DNA of 64,000 nt from the human T2T-CHM13v2.0 reference genome, Homo sapiens. The stretch's first letter is position 1; the number at the start of each line of letters is the position of its first letter. Where the stretch lies: NCBI RefSeq assembly GCF_009914755.1, contig NC_060925.1; one strand, given 5' to 3'. Of the stretch, positions 47,051 to 60,946 are shown one piece after another. Below the pieces are notes generated by a model, which was not told the origin of the DNA, ran no database searches, and was given only the letters and a program-made list of their open reading frames with translations. The translations under genes were made by a program, and so were the position numbers.

Positions 47051-48923
47051 GCACCCCCTTCCCCAAAGACACATATGGGCCTTACAAAATATCCTTGGAG
47101 AGTACACAGCTGTGATTCACTGAAGGGCAGAGAAATGGCTATGGTGGACTTGCCAGAAAAATGTTTTCCAAGGTGTGGTGAAAGTAATTCATGGGGGTGT
47201 GTCTCACCAGGGGCAGTTTTCTACAAAACCAGCCAAAAGTGGTACCAGAAGAGAGAAGCTGGTTGCTAAATGCCGGTGGCCTCCATGCATAGCAGAAGGC
47301 AGGCAGTGGTGAAGCTGTGGGCACTACAGGAGCCTAGTGCCAGGAAAAGCCAGGTACAGTGCAGGAACATACCAAATGAATGCAAAAACAGCAGAAAACA
47401 AAGCTTTATATTCTGCAGTGTTTCTTCACCTTTCCTTATTGACAAAGCTTCAGTGTAAAATGTTAACAGAAAAATATTTAGAAGGGTTGATTTATTCTCA
47501 CAGAGCAGATAAAAAGGGGAAATTTCTACATTAGAGATAATAAATCAATAAGTGGCACAGCATTGAAAACATCTAAAAATGAAAGACCATGGGACCATCT
47601 CAATATTTGCAGTTTATCCAAATTCAGTTTTAAATGTTTTTTAAATATGAACTATTGTGTGCTGAGTGAAAAGCCTTTAAAATGATATATTCTAGATTTC
47701 TATCAGTTTCATTTATTAAACATGTTCGGTCCACTCCTACTATGATCTTAAAATAAAAATATTGCCAAAGGATTGTCATTCGTTTTCTTAGCCATGCTAT
47801 TGAATTCACAGCATTAAAAATTCATAATGATATTTCTTTCATTTGTTCTGCTATTTCTAGCTGTAAACTCGATTTTAAATTGGAAAATATGCTTACAATA
47901 AGTGTTACAAAATTGCACTTGCAGATATTCTGGAACATTTTTCATAAATAAAAATAAGCATATTTCAAGTAGAATTCCAAAATATAGAAAGATGATTGAA
48001 TTTGATCTTGGGGGAAATCTCCTTTGACTAGAAATAAACTAATCACACATTCAGAGAAAAAATTTACATATTTTAGATACTTATGTATAAAACAGGATGG
48101 CACATCCTAAAGTAACTCAGAAGACAACAGCTGTAGAAGACATAGCATATATGTTGGCCCACAAAATATACATAGTTTTTTTGCCATATTTTATTTATTT
48201 GGGAAATAACTACACTTTGAAAAATGCAGAGTTAAGTTTTTCCTAGTGGTAGGCAGAATTTTTACAATAAATAATTTAATCCGTGTAATTTGATTATGTT
48301 AAATTTCAACAAAAAGACTTTCTGAGAAATGTATTCATGGCCCAGAGTATTATTTAAGTATTATTCTATTATTTCATATACAAGTATTAAATATGAACAA
48401 CTACTGAAATGGCTACAAAAAAAGACTTTCAGAAGACTAGTTTAAGGGATGGTCTGATGTTTAAACAGACACTATGGGATTATAGTGTAAAAAACACTGA
48501 ATTATTACTTTGCAAAACTATATGGTCTTTGTAAACAATTTACCAAAAAAAAAACTTGGGTGACTCAGATTATTAACATTATTTTATTAGGCCTTTCTTG
48601 CCTTGCTATAAAGAAATACCTGACAGTGAGTAATTTATTTTAAAAGAGAGATTTAATTGGCTCATGGTTCTGGCATCAGGTTGTAGGGAGGCCTCAGGAA
48701 GCTTACAATCAAGTTGGAAGACAAAGCAGGAGCAGGCACTTCATATAGAGGAAGCATGAGCAAGCAAAAGAGAGAGAAAAAGAGAGAGAATGGGTGGGGA
48801 GGTGCCACACATTTTTAAACCACCAAATCTTGTGTGAGCTAGGAGTAAGAGCTCACTTATCACCAAGGGGATGGCCCAAGCCATTCCTGAGAGATTCACC
48901 CCCATGATCCAATCACCTCGAAG

Positions 48924-49889
48924 TGATAAGGTCGGGGGCAAAGAAATTCTGGGCAGAAAAGAATGTGTCCCTGACAAAACCCTACCCTCAAGACAAAATA
49001 CCTGATACCATGGCCCAGAGTGAAAAATTCTGTCCTTGTTTTTCTGCATGAATGTTGCCTTTTCCTAAACTACCCATGGCCCACCCCGTCCCCCATCCTG
49101 TGCCTATAAAGACCCTACCCTCAGCCAGAAGAAAGGAGAGAATCCGCAGGATGTCAGAGACTACGGCTGGATGTTGAAGAGAAGCAGTTTGACTTTAGAG
49201 GGACAGTTTGACAGTGTAACTTTGGCGAAGAGTCTGGCTGGAGATGGCTGAACTCCAAAGGAAAATTACCTACCCACCCAATCCCCTTTTTAGATCCTCT
49301 TCCTGCTGAGAGCCACTTTCATCGGCAACAACATCCTCTGCATTTACCATCCTTCAATTTGTTCGTGTGACCTCATTGTTCCTGGATGCTTGAGAACCAC
49401 AAGTGTGGATACAAATTGCTGTCACACTGGCCCTTTGCTCTCACTGGCCAAGGGCAGCTGCCTCATGTGAAAGGGCGAAGGGCCCACTGAGCTGTTAACA
49501 CTTAAGCCCTCTGCAGACAGCGGAGCTAAAAGAGCACTGTAACATGTGCCCTGGGGCTTCAGAAGTCTCCGGCACCCTGCCTGGATGCTACCATATGGCC
49601 TGCATGGAGTTCACTCTTGCCAGTGCCAAAAAGCACTAGCTCCAGCTACTGCACCCACTCCCCTGTGTGCTCCCTCCTGTGAGGGGTGTAATGCAGCAGG
49701 TCTGAGTGAGTGGAGTTTGATCCCACCAGCACTGAAGTGTCTGGGTGATTCCAGAGCTCACGCACTCCAGTTTCCAGCTCATTCACTCATGTACTCACTC
49801 CCATGAGGCGTTGACAGTGCGGCAGGCTGAGTAACTGAGGCACCATTGTTCCAAGTCCCATGAAGGGGTCAGGGAAATATCCTGCTTCA
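48924..49889 (+). mobile_element. ERV1 5' LTR (LTR28/LTR27/LTR1 group)
   Basis: tga...tca termini; TATA-like cctataaa; homologous to 53890-54874. Confidence 0.88.
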
Positions 49890-49892
49890 TAA

Positions 49893-49911
49893 GGGAGCTC
49901 GTCTGGAATTT
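49893..49911 (+). promoter_or_regulatory. Degenerate primer-binding site for tRNA-Pro
   Basis: gggagctcgtctggaattt versus TGGGGGCTCGTCCGGGATTT, directly after the 5' LTR. Confidence 0.75.
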
Positions 49912-51379
49912 GTAAGAAGGGTGAGTAAATGTGGATCCGCTGGATCAGTCTCTTCACTTTTTTTCCAGACTTCTTTTCCCTCAGACTTTCCCCTGAGCTG
50001 TGCCATTTGCAGAGGACAGGTTGCAACACTGCCACCTATCTCTTTCTTTGGGTAGAAAGAATTTTGGCTCTGTTTACCTACACAGAGGTCTAGCCATTGT
50101 GTGGGACCAGAATAAAGTCCTGGGGCAACTAAAAGCATTTGGATGTGGCCAGTCCTTGGTGTTGATAGAAGGCCCCTAGACTACCCCAGTCCCTGACTGC
50201 CCATTAGAGTGTCAGCCATGACCCCCAGACTTTTCTATGATATCTTTCTCTTTCTTCTTTCACAGTTTGAAATGGCTTCTGTTTCTTGTCTTATAATGAT
50301 AAGGGGTTTGCTACAAACTGAAGAAATGTTACTAATTAGAATGAGTGTTTGGCCCAGCCACCAGATATGCAATTCAGAACAATAAGATTTTCATTTGACC
50401 TTAGAGGTAGGACCACCACTCCAACCCCGATAGCTGCAAGCATGTGTGGTGCACAGCAGCTTTCCTCCTCACCTCCTCCCATTCCAGCTGGGGTGCTTGG
50501 AAGGGTCTGCAGCATGCAATTGCCATACCCAACAGCTACATGGGGCAGGAGAGAACTGCAGCTGCCACCAGGGCCCCACGGAAATACTGGCGGCCAGGGG
50601 CTCCATGCAGTTGGCCAGTGTTTCTTGCTCACTGTCCCCTCCTGCTATGGGCCCATATAGTCTTTTCTCCCCCGACCAAGGGATCCAGCTTGGTTAGAGC
50701 CAGAGGAACGATAGAGTAATTAAAGGAATCCATTTTCATAGAGCAAGAGGCTTTTTCCCCCCACTTAAGCTGTTTTTTTATTTATTTATTTTTTATTCTA
50801 CGTTTTTTATGCAAACGGGCTTTTCTTCCCTACTTCAGCATTCTGCTTATAATAGGGAAGCAGTGGAGGAATGACTCCACTGGCTAATAGCTGCAAATTT
50901 GGCAAGGCCCCTCTGGGACTTAATCTAAATGAATCTATGCACTCCCTGAGAAACCTTTTTGGCCCAAACTCAATTCTAAACTTTGGGTTGAAGCCCTAAA
51001 GAGGAAAACCAGATCTGAGGGATCCAAAGCCAGGCACCAGGCATGATGTAAATGGGCAGGACTAATTCCTGGCAATGAAGGTCCCATTTCATGGAAGGAG
51101 GCCATGCTCCATGGCATAGATAAGGTCCAGGGAACCCAAACATTGTCAACAGTAGGGAACATGGAGGCGTAGGTGAGTGTGCATAATTCCTATTCTCTAG
51201 GCCCTCCCTGCTTCATAGGTGCAGGCCACAATGGCACACATGGGTGGCATCCATCTAAGAGTACCAGGACTCAGGGGAAAAAAGACAAAAGAGATAAATG
51301 GGAATGCCCATTTTCTTTCTCCTCACACCCCAAGTTTTTGCTGAAAGAGGGAAGGGACATGAGGGATGTCTATTTCCCT

Positions 51380-52770
51380 TTCTTTGAGAATAGGCAACCA
51401 AATATCTTCATCATCTTCAGTCTATACTCCTCTGGAGTGTATCCTGAATCACTGGGACTGCTTTGGCCCTCAGGCTGTAAAGAAAAAATGCCTTTAGCCC
51501 TTTGCACAAAGATTTGGCCAAATAATGATCTGCAGGAAGGAGTGTCTTGGCCTCAGGAAGGAACCATTCAGTTTGATACCATCCTGCAGTTGATGTTTTC
51601 TGTAAACCTGAGGGCAAATGGTCTGAGGCCCCATATTTGCAGGATTTCTTTATCTTGAAGGGTAGTCTAGACCTTTGCTGACAGTGTAGGATTGATCCAG
51701 CCCTCCTGTTTGCCATCTCAGGAGAGGCTACAAGGGGCAATTCCAAGAAACTAAAGAAATGAAACTGAGTGGCACCTCCACCTCCAGCAGAGGAGCCAAC
51801 TCCCTCTGGCCCTGCCCCTCCAGGACCACCCTGTCTTCCCTATCCAGTTTCTCTCTCACTTGCCCAATCTGAGGAATCCTTACCCAAGACAAGCCCCAGT
51901 CTTACTCTTACCCCTCCAACAGGTGCCTGGTGAGCTTGGCTCCAGTAAGGTCCAGGTCCCCTTCTCTCTACAGGACTTAAGGCAAATTAAGGTGGATCTT
52001 GAGAAGTTTTCCCATGATCCTGACAGATACATAGAGGCTTTCCAGAATTTAATGCAAGTATTGAAATCTCCTGGAAAGATGTTGTATTACTTTTGAGTCA
52101 AATCCTGACTAACAATGAGAAGCAGGCCTTCCTGCAAGTGGCAGAGAGATTTGGGGGTGAGCTTTGTATTACATATAGTGTTAAGAAAGGGCCTGAATTT
52201 TATCCAGCTGGAAGAGAAACAGTACTACTGGATGACCTTAAATGGGATCCTAATGATGAGATGGGACAATGGAAGAGGAGACCCTTTCAGTGTGCATAAT
52301 GGAGGGAATATGTAGGACTGGAACTAACCCTCTCAATTATACCAAGCTATCCATAATAGACCAGGGATTCGATGAGAACCCCACTGCCTTCCTGGAGAGG
52401 CTACGAGCGGCCTTGGTAAAACACACCATTCTATCTCCTGATTCAGTAGAGGGACAACTTATCCTAAAGGATAAATTTTTATGCAGATAGTCCCTGATAT
52501 CAGGAGGAAGCTGCAGAAATAGGCCTTGGGACCAGACAGTATTTTAGAGTACCTCCTGAAATTGGCCACCTTGGTCTTTTATAATAGAAATAGGGAGGCC
52601 CAGGAGAGAAAAAGGCAATACAGGAAAGAGACAGAGGCTTTAATGGCCATCATGCAAGCCCACAAACTCCAGAATTCCCAAGGTGCACCTATTAACTGCT
52701 ACAGATGCGGTAAGCCAGAGCATTTTAGGAAGGATTGCCCAGGCATCATCAGGAACCCACCTGAACCACA
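51380..52770 (+). pseudogene. gag: ERV gag remnant
   Basis: VPFSLQDLRQIKVDLEKFSHDPDRYIEAF; major homology region QGFDENPTAFLERL; zinc knuckle CYRCGKPEHFRKDC; many frameshifts. Confidence 0.88.
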
Positions 52771-52794
52771 CATAATGTGGCAGAACTGCTGTCT

Positions 52795-53460
52795 TCTTAG
52801 GGGGGTCTCTGGCTAATGGACAACTACCTCCTCAGGTATCAAGCTCTGCTATTAGAAGGATCTTCAGTCCAATCAAGAACCTGCCTTTCCTTAAATCCAG
52901 CCACAATCCTCAGGAAAGGTACAAAAGACAGATGATATTATCAAAAAGCACATCAGAAAACTGTCTTAGGAGACTCATCTCCCCTGGACAACCCTTCTCC
53001 CCATAGCCCAACTACATATTAGAAACAACCCTTAAAGATAGGTTTGAGTCCTTTTGAAATAATGTATGGAAGGCCTCTTCTCAAAAATGATTTATTGGTA
53101 GATCAAGAAAGTTCTGATTTGATTAAACATATACCTTATTTGGCTCATTTCCAACAGGAACTGAAACAACTGCCAAAGGCCCAATCCCTTGAACTAGGGC
53201 CACCTCTATTCAACTCAGGAGACCTAGTAATGGTAAAGGTACTTTCTTCCCTTTCTCCCTCTATAAGTCCAGATTGGGAGGGACCTTATACTCTACTTCC
53301 TTCTACTCTTATGGCAGTGAAAGTCACTGTAATAGATTCTTGGATTTATTGTAACTGAATAAAGGCCTGGGAAGCTGACAGTTACCTCCGTCAACCCAGA
53401 AGAACTCCCAAAGTACCAATGTGAAGAGATCAGGGACCTCAAGCTAAAAAACATAAAAGG
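52795..53460 (+). pseudogene. pol: ERV pol remnant (connection piece and integrase C-terminus only)
   Basis: GLWLMDNYLLRYQALLLEG; LSPFEIMYGRP...PDWEGPYTLL...AVKV; no RT YxDD region seen. Confidence 0.8.
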
Positions 53461-53599
53461 TAAGTATTAATAATTAACCTCCCATGAGTTTCCTCTTTAT
53501 AGTCTTCTCTATGCTTGCTGTTCTTACCTTTGTTCTGTTCTATGTCATTTTCAGAATGTTTATCCTATTTCATTTCTTCTTTCTGTAATCTTTGGTACT

Positions 53600-53783
53600 A
53601 GATTCTCTCTTTTTAACCCCTTGTTGTGCAATACACATATTTAATCCATGCTTACTTAACCTTGTAAAGCTTGTTTCTTCTTGCCTAGAGGCCATCAAAC
53701 TCCAAACAGTCAGACAACTGGAGCCTCAGATGATGGCTCTCTTTTGCCAGGGACCCTTAGGTAGACCTCTGGAAGAAATCTGA
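53600..53783 (+). pseudogene. env: ERV env TM/cytoplasmic-tail remnant
   Basis: IFNPCLLNLVKLVSSCLEAIKLQ resembles the HERV-W/ERV9-type env C-terminus; polypurine tract agagtggggaaa at ~53878-53889. Confidence 0.7.
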
Positions 53784-53889
53784 ATGTCATTCTCTCCAAA
53801 ACAATGCCCCCTGTCAGCAGAAAGTAGCTAAGATCAGTCATTATCCATATTCCAATGGCAGTTAGATGCGCCTCTTCAGAGTGGGGAAA

Positions 53890-54874
53890 TGATAGGGACA
53901 GAGGGCAGAGAAATTTTAGGCAGAAAAGGGTGAGTCCCTGACACAACCCCACTGTCAAGCAGAAAGGCCCGAAACCGTGGCCCAAAGTGAGAAATTCTAT
54001 CCCTGTTTTCCAGCTAGAATGTTGCCTTTTTCTAAACTACTCATGGCCCATCCCATCCCCATTCTGTGCCTATAAAGACCCAGAGTCAGCTGACAGAGAG
54101 GAGACAAGCAGCTGGATGTCAGAGACTACGGCTGGATGTCACAGAGAAGCTGCTTGACTTCAGAGGAGCAGCTTGACTTCAGAGGAACAGCTTGATGGCG
54201 TAACTTCAGAGACGAATCTGGCCTGAGATGGCCAGACTCCAGGCAAGATTATTTACCTACCTCATCCCTGTTTTAGCTCTTCTACCCACTGAGAGCCACT
54301 TTCAGAGGCAATAAAATATCCTGCATTTATCATTCTTTAATTCATTCTTGTGACCTCATTTTTCCTGGACACCGGACAAGAGCTCAGGAGCCATGAGTGT
54401 GAATACAAAAGGCTGTCATACTGGCTCTTTGCCCTTGATGGTGAAGGACAGCTGCCTCATGTGAAAGGGTGGTGGGCCCACTGAGCTGTAAACACTTAAG
54501 CCATCCATGGGTGGCAGAGATAAGAGAGCACTGTCACATGCACCCTGGGGCCTTGTGAGTCTCAGGCACCCCGCCTGGACACTGCCACAGGGCCTGCATG
54601 GAGTTCACTCCTGCCAGCACCCAAAAGCACTTGCTCTGGCTCCTGCATTCACTCACCTGTGTGGTCACTCCTGTGAGGGGTGGAATGCAGCAGATCTGAG
54701 TGAGTGGAGTTTGATCCCGCTGGCACCGAAGCAACCAGCTGATTCTAGCACTCCGGCACTCCAGTTTTGCCTGGCTCACATGCTGCCTCCCACAAGAAGT
54801 TGAGAGCGGTGGGCTGAGCAACAAAGGCACCCTGTTGGAGTTCCACATAGGGGTCAGGGAAAAATCCTGCTTCA
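53890..54874 (+). mobile_element. ERV1 3' LTR
   Basis: tgatagggacagagggcagagaaattttaggcagaaaa...aaatcctgcttca, preceded by the polypurine tract. Confidence 0.88.
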
Positions 54875-56127
54875 CAACCAGGCCCCACCTCCAGTATTGG
54901 GGATTACAATTCAACATGAGATGTCAGCAGGGACAAATATCCAGACTCTATCAATTATTAACTCAAAAATTATAATCTATTAAGATTTTGGGCAAAATAG
55001 TTTTTGACAAGTGCAAAGAGTGTAATAAGTTAAAAATTTTAAATATGAAGAATATTAAGAACATTATACATAAGAGATTCTTATATACTACATTAAATAC
55101 ATTCTAAGCATTAAAAATTACAATTTGCAAGTTTTCTTTTAAATACCTTTCAGGTTTGAAAAGAAAAAAAACCTATAAACATATCACTCTAAGAGAACAT
55201 TTTCTGTTTCATCTACAAAAGAAAACAACCAGAAGTGAGGCAGCTAATGAATAAAACAGTCATAAAAAAATTGCTTTTTACATAGGTAACAGGTCTTTCA
55301 AATCTTCCAACTTGTTTGCAAATCACTAAAGGAACAGAGGTAAGAATATTTTTTTCTATTTGAATTATCTGCCACTGCAAACTTTTGCTAAATCAACCTC
55401 TTTCTGTATTCACCTGTCTACATTTCTATTATTGTCTTTGTAAATAGTATGGAGACCTGATATTTCATACTAGTAAGGAACAAAGCAAATACTATGAAGG
55501 CTTGTGCAATTAGAGATAATGGGAACTGTGAGTACAACTGCCTTTATTCACTCTTACAAAAAAGAAATTGTGAGTTAAGAGCACCACATAGCACGCAATG
55601 TGATGTAGAAAAGTCTCTGAGCTGAAAGTCTATTTCACATTCACAAGTCAAGAGTGAGACACTCGACAAAATCTCAGTTCTACTTGCTATTTGCTGTTCT
55701 GAACTTAGAGCAAGAGAAAGAAAACATGGGCATGTGTGAAACTGCAGAGCTTCAGCTAACTTTTTACCTAAAACTATTAGTTTCCATTTTCTGTCTTCAA
55801 GGTAAAATATAATTCAACATCTATATCATCTTCATGTAAATAGCAACAATGTTAGTAAAATGTTAAATTACACCTACTTTCTAAATTTGGAAATTAATTT
55901 TCTCCTGAGAAAAATGCCATTATTTTCTCTAATGATCACTACACAGGAAAAGTAAGTTTGCAACTGTGATGAAACAAATTAAAATTTCTCTTTTAAAAAA
56001 TCTCGATTATATATAATTTACCATCCCCCGTTCCTTTTAAAACAATGCAAGCCCTTAAAAAAGAGGTTTTTAAAAACATATTTTATTTCTGAAGCAGCCT
56101 TGAACTGACGGATCCCTAAATTTTAAT

Positions 56128-56416
<289 letters not shown>

Positions 56417-57179
56417 AATTTTAAAAGTATTTAAGTCTCAGAAAACATTCTCTAGGTATTACATATTTTGTGATAGAATTTATATGCAGAATCAAAGTTC
56501 ATAGGAATCGAGAGTATACATATTTTTAAAACATCTAGAAAGTTAAGTCAAAATATGTACTTCTGTAAATAATGAAATGCAGAATTATTATTGCATTTTA
56601 TCCTATTTCTTTTTGTTTATTTTCTGCATGTCAAAACAAACAAGCTGTAAACCCTAAAATAGGAAAGTTGAAAGCATAAAGCAAGGTTTTCTCTTTAATG
56701 TTCTCACAGAACTTTAAGATGTTATAAGAAACATTTAGCCAAAGAAAAATAATGGACATAATTTAATGCCATTGAAGAAGTTCTTCCACCTCCACTCCAG
56801 TGTAAATTTTAGCTACCAATAAAGTTTCAAAGAAACAAAAATGGCTAAAATTTCACCTCAAAATTAGGGGTGAGTTAGTATTAGAGAAAAAGTCACTAAG
56901 ATATAAGTAAAATATGTTTCATAAAATTCTTTTCAATCTGTCAATACCTTATAGTCTATACACACCTTCATTTACGTTAATCGTTTTAAAATTTAATGTA
57001 AGAGAAGGGTGTGCTTCATATTTACATTTCAATTAAAGTATTTTTATAAAACTATATTTTATATTTTAATTGTAATAAACAAACATTTGAAAATCACTAC
57101 TGAGATCCTTTGGCCACATCATACTATCTTAGTAACTATTGACATACACATACACATATACATACATATAATTTTATAT

Positions 57180-57905
57180 ACGGTGATTCGGGATGAGCTA
57201 TCTGAGAAGGTGAGATTTCGGCAGAGATACATATGAACTTAGAAAGCCTCTGAATATGTGGAATGAAAGAATTCCAAGTGGAGGATTGGCAAGTGGCCTG
57301 TGGCAGGAATTTGCTTGGTGGTGGTCAAGGAAATTGAAGCAGGTCAGGGTGACTAAAGTAGAATGCCTGATACAAAAAGATATAGAAAATATGGATATAA
57401 AGATACCTAAATTTTATAGATTTTAGAGTCTTATCAGCCACAATATGGACTTTGGATTTTATTTTGAATATGATGGGAAGTCTTCTTAAGGTTTTAAACA
57501 TGGGAATGATGAAATGGCTTATTTTTATAGGATCACGGTAACTATAAAATATTCTACAAGTGTTTAAAGTTGAAAGCAGGAAGAATATCAAGAAGATTAT
57601 TTCAGCGGTCATTTTGACTAGAGTAGTCTCGGCAGAGGAAGTACGAAGTAGTCAGAGTCAGCCTGTATTCTTGCATTCAGATGGTAGATTCAGTATATTT
57701 TACTGATACAATATATGATAGAGTTTGAAGAGTCAAAGATGACACTGAGTTTGCTTGTCTGAACACATGAATCAATGAGGATATTTTTTCTGATTTAAGG
57801 AGAACCCAGGATGAGCAGATTTTAGGCTTGGGCCTGGTAAGCTTGAAAAACCTGTTAGATACCTGAGCAGAAATGTTAAGGAGAGAAAGGTCATCATAGG
57901 TATTA
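57180..57905 (-). mobile_element. L2 fragment
   Basis: tctgagaaggtgagattt...ggcctgtggcagga...ggactttggattttattttgaatatgatgggaag...agtcaaagatgac. Confidence 0.7.
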
Positions 57906-57984
57906 TTTGTGAGATATCACCCACTTGCCCCTCCAGATTGGCTTTCCACCCTTTTCCACTTTGTTCTGTGCCCAATCTTCCTTT

Positions 57985-58440
57985 TTTTTCTGTTTTCCAT
58001 TGTTTATTTGTACAAATGTATGGTACATGTGGAATCTTGCTACATGTATATAATGGATAGTGATCAAGGCAGAGTACTTAAGGTGTCCATCACTAAAGTA
58101 CAGTACAATTTTGTCAACTATAGTCACCATACTCTGCTATCGAACATTTGATTTATTCCTTCTATTGAACTGTATGTTTGTACTCACTAAGAAACTTCTC
58201 TTCATCCTCTCACTTCTCCTTACTCTTCCCAGTCTCTGTTCTCTATTTTTCCATCCATGTGAACAATTTTTTTTTTAGCTTCCACATATGAGTGAGAACA
58301 TATGATGCTTGTCTTTCTGTTCCTTGCCTATTTAATTTAAAATAATGACCTCCAATTCCATCCACGTTGCTGTAAATGGCATGATTTCATTCTTTTTTTG
58401 TGGCCAAATGGATTTTTTTAAATGTAGTATATATATATAC
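57985..58440 (-). mobile_element. L1MA 3' end fragment
   Basis: ggtacatgtg...aactatagtcaccatactctgctatcgaac...atatgagtgagaacat...MPFTATWMELEVIIL. Confidence 0.85.
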
Positions 58441-58605
58441 AATGGAATTCTATTTTTCTTTTGGTTTAGCCAGTTGGAAGACCCAGAGGGAAAAGAGAGG
58501 GAAGGAGTAGAATAATTATGGGTACCTATTATTTCTACTCCCACTAGAGTCATATCCAGCTTTAGGTGCTTGTTAAACGAAGGTCACTCCTGCTCTCAGG
58601 ATAAC

Positions 58606-58746
58606 CTTTTTTTTTTTCTTTTCCTTTTTCTTTTTTTTTTTTCTTTTTTTGTTTATTTTTGTTTTTTTGAGATGGAGCCTCCCTCTGTCTCCTAGGCTGG
58701 AGTGCGCTGGTGCAATCTTGGCTCACTGTAACCTCTGCCTCCCGGG
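58606..58746 (-). mobile_element. 5'-truncated Alu (right-arm 3' part, long tail)
   Basis: T-rich tail then gagatggagcc...ggctggagtgc...ctctgcctcccggg. Confidence 0.85.
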
Positions 58747-58749
58747 ACA

Positions 58750-60480
58750 ACACTTTTATATTTACTTTTTTTTTTTCAAGTTTTGTATAGTGCTTCTTCT
58801 CCTAAACATTTGGGTCTTAAGTGTTTGTAATTCTATAGTTCTTAATCTCAGTATGCTGCATAATTTTCTGTGGTTTCTCTATTTTCTGCTCATACTTAAT
58901 TAAAACCTCAAATTATCCTAATTTGATGGAATGCATCTGATTTGTGATTTAACTCATTTAATACAGTAATTGGTACTGAAATTGTCTCTAGGAAATAAAC
59001 CCTCCCAATAGAATTCTTGGATTAGGCTGTTCACCTATTAAAGGAGCTCAGAGATAACCATCAAGCTGGGGGAAAACTGAACACAAGATATCCATGGTAA
59101 GCAATACAATTATGACTAATCAAATAACCAACTGGTTGTATGGAATATGGTACAGGTTCAGATCAATATACTGCGAGTACAAGTGACTATGCCACTGTTA
59201 TGTTGGAAATAGTATTCACTACATTTATAGAGTCACCTGGCTTCTTAGAAGGGTGTTGAAGTGTGTATATGAAGAAAAAAGAAATTAAAAGTGATGGACA
59301 TATAATTAAGCACTTCCATGGAAATTTAAAAATGTCCCTTGTCTCCTGCAATAATTGGGAGTTTCAGACTGAATCTAAGATTAAGAGATACAGAGTTAGA
59401 TTGTCAAATGTTTCACGCTTTATAACTCTTATGTTAAAGTAAGCACACTGTTAAGGAATGAATAGGACCTTAGAATATGAGGACATTTTGGCAGGTATAG
59501 ATAAGGCCAAGAATTCCAAATTTCCAAGCTTCTGTAAACCTCACTTGCTACTGGAGACAGACATCCTTCCTCTTTTTGAAGAAGCCAGTTCCTCCACTGC
59601 ATGGAAGTCTTTCTGTAACTTCTTCTGGAAAAATTGCCTCAAAAGTTGAAGCTTAGTTACCTCAGAACTACCACTTACATTCTTATTGCTGTAAGTCATT
59701 AAAGAGGTTCACCCCAGCACCATCTCTCATAAGATATAAAGGCCTATATGAGGAGACAACCATTGAGGAAAGATAAAGTCTCACAAATCTATTTCTGCAG
59801 GACTGTGTGGTGTATATGTGGAGAACAGAAGAATAATTGAGCAAGTTGGGCAAAATTGAAGGCTCAGCGGGACACATTTCTTGCCACAGTGTTTAAAATT
59901 TAGTGAGTTGGGTAGAACACCTTGGAGAGGAGTAATTCATGTGCTATGTTAGTTAATTAAGGCCTAGACTCAATACGGCCTATGGTTGGATGAGGTAAAA
60001 TTTGGAACTTTCCTGGCACACTGTAGAAGAGTGTCCAAAGGCTCAGGAAATGGGATGTCCCTCTTCCTAAACTTTATGTGGTCTCCCTACCAGAGTGCAG
60101 AGAGGCTATTTATAAAACTATTTTTAGGGTGCAGGAAAACTATTGAAATATCCTTTGAAATACCAAAGGATATTACTATCCTGCTGGTAGTAACAAAGAG
60201 GCTGTTACCACCACTGGGGCCATGGAGAAATGTGGTTACGGGAAATAAGATTAAATAATGACATGAAAAACAACAAATGAACACTGATTATTTAAAAAGA
60301 ACTGACTTAAGCAAGCTAGACAAGCTAATAATGAGAGGTTTTGAAAGGGATTTGATGGCAGAAATTATAACTCTATTGGCATGCGTCACCTCTGCACATG
60401 GTTGCCTCCTAAAACCATGGTTTCTTTTTCTCTCCAAGCCTCATCCCAACCCTGACTTTCAAAAGGTACTTGGTTTATGA
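58750..60480 (+). mobile_element. Degenerate ERVL-class LTR end plus internal (gag region)
   Basis: aattaaaacctc...ttaataca then gtaattggtactg (ERVL-like LTR/PBS boundary), followed by decayed coding-like sequence. Confidence 0.45.
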
Positions 60481-60529
60481 GCATTAATGTTTTGTTTTCC
60501 ATTTTGGTGTGAGTTTTATTTCTTAAAAC

Positions 60530-60660
60530 TATATCTAAAATTATATCTAAAATGGGGATAGCAATAGTCCCTACCTCATAAAGTGCTTATAAGGATTAAA
60601 AGACAAAGCACCTGCAAAGCACTTAGAACAGTACTCTCAGTACATTTTAACTTGTATTAA
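60530..60660 (+). mobile_element. MIR 3' fragment
   Basis: aaaatggggatagcaatagtccctacctcata...aggattaaa...aaagcacttagaacagt. Confidence 0.75.
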
Positions 60661-60946
60661 AACTAATAGGATTATGCGTATTATGAAAACGACAGTATCA
60701 GCTAGATCAGTCCTTTAATGTTCACCTGAATATATCATTTCTATCTCCACATTTATATTGATGTTGTACTCTCTGTGTCCTGAAAAACAATTCTTTTCTC
60801 AACTGCTATAATTTCATATTTAGCTTTTTGTATCTAAACAAATTAGCTCTAATTCACCAAATTACCACTTATTTTTATATTACCCACTTGGCATTTTAAT
60901 TATCTTTTTTATTGCTGAAAGGATTTCTGTATTTATGGTTGTTAAC

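Larger units (their letters stand above)
48583..54953 (-). mobile_element. MSTB-like MaLR LTR split by a provirus (parts 48583-48923 and 54875-54953)
   Basis: cccatgatccaatcacctc | ccaggccccacctcc continues across the insertion; 5-bp TSD attat at 48578-48582 and 54954-54958. Confidence 0.88.

Noticed and set aside
53592-53783. Syncytin-like captured env gene
   Set aside because: Only a ~60-codon tail remnant; no signal peptide, SU domain, furin site or fusion peptide seen.
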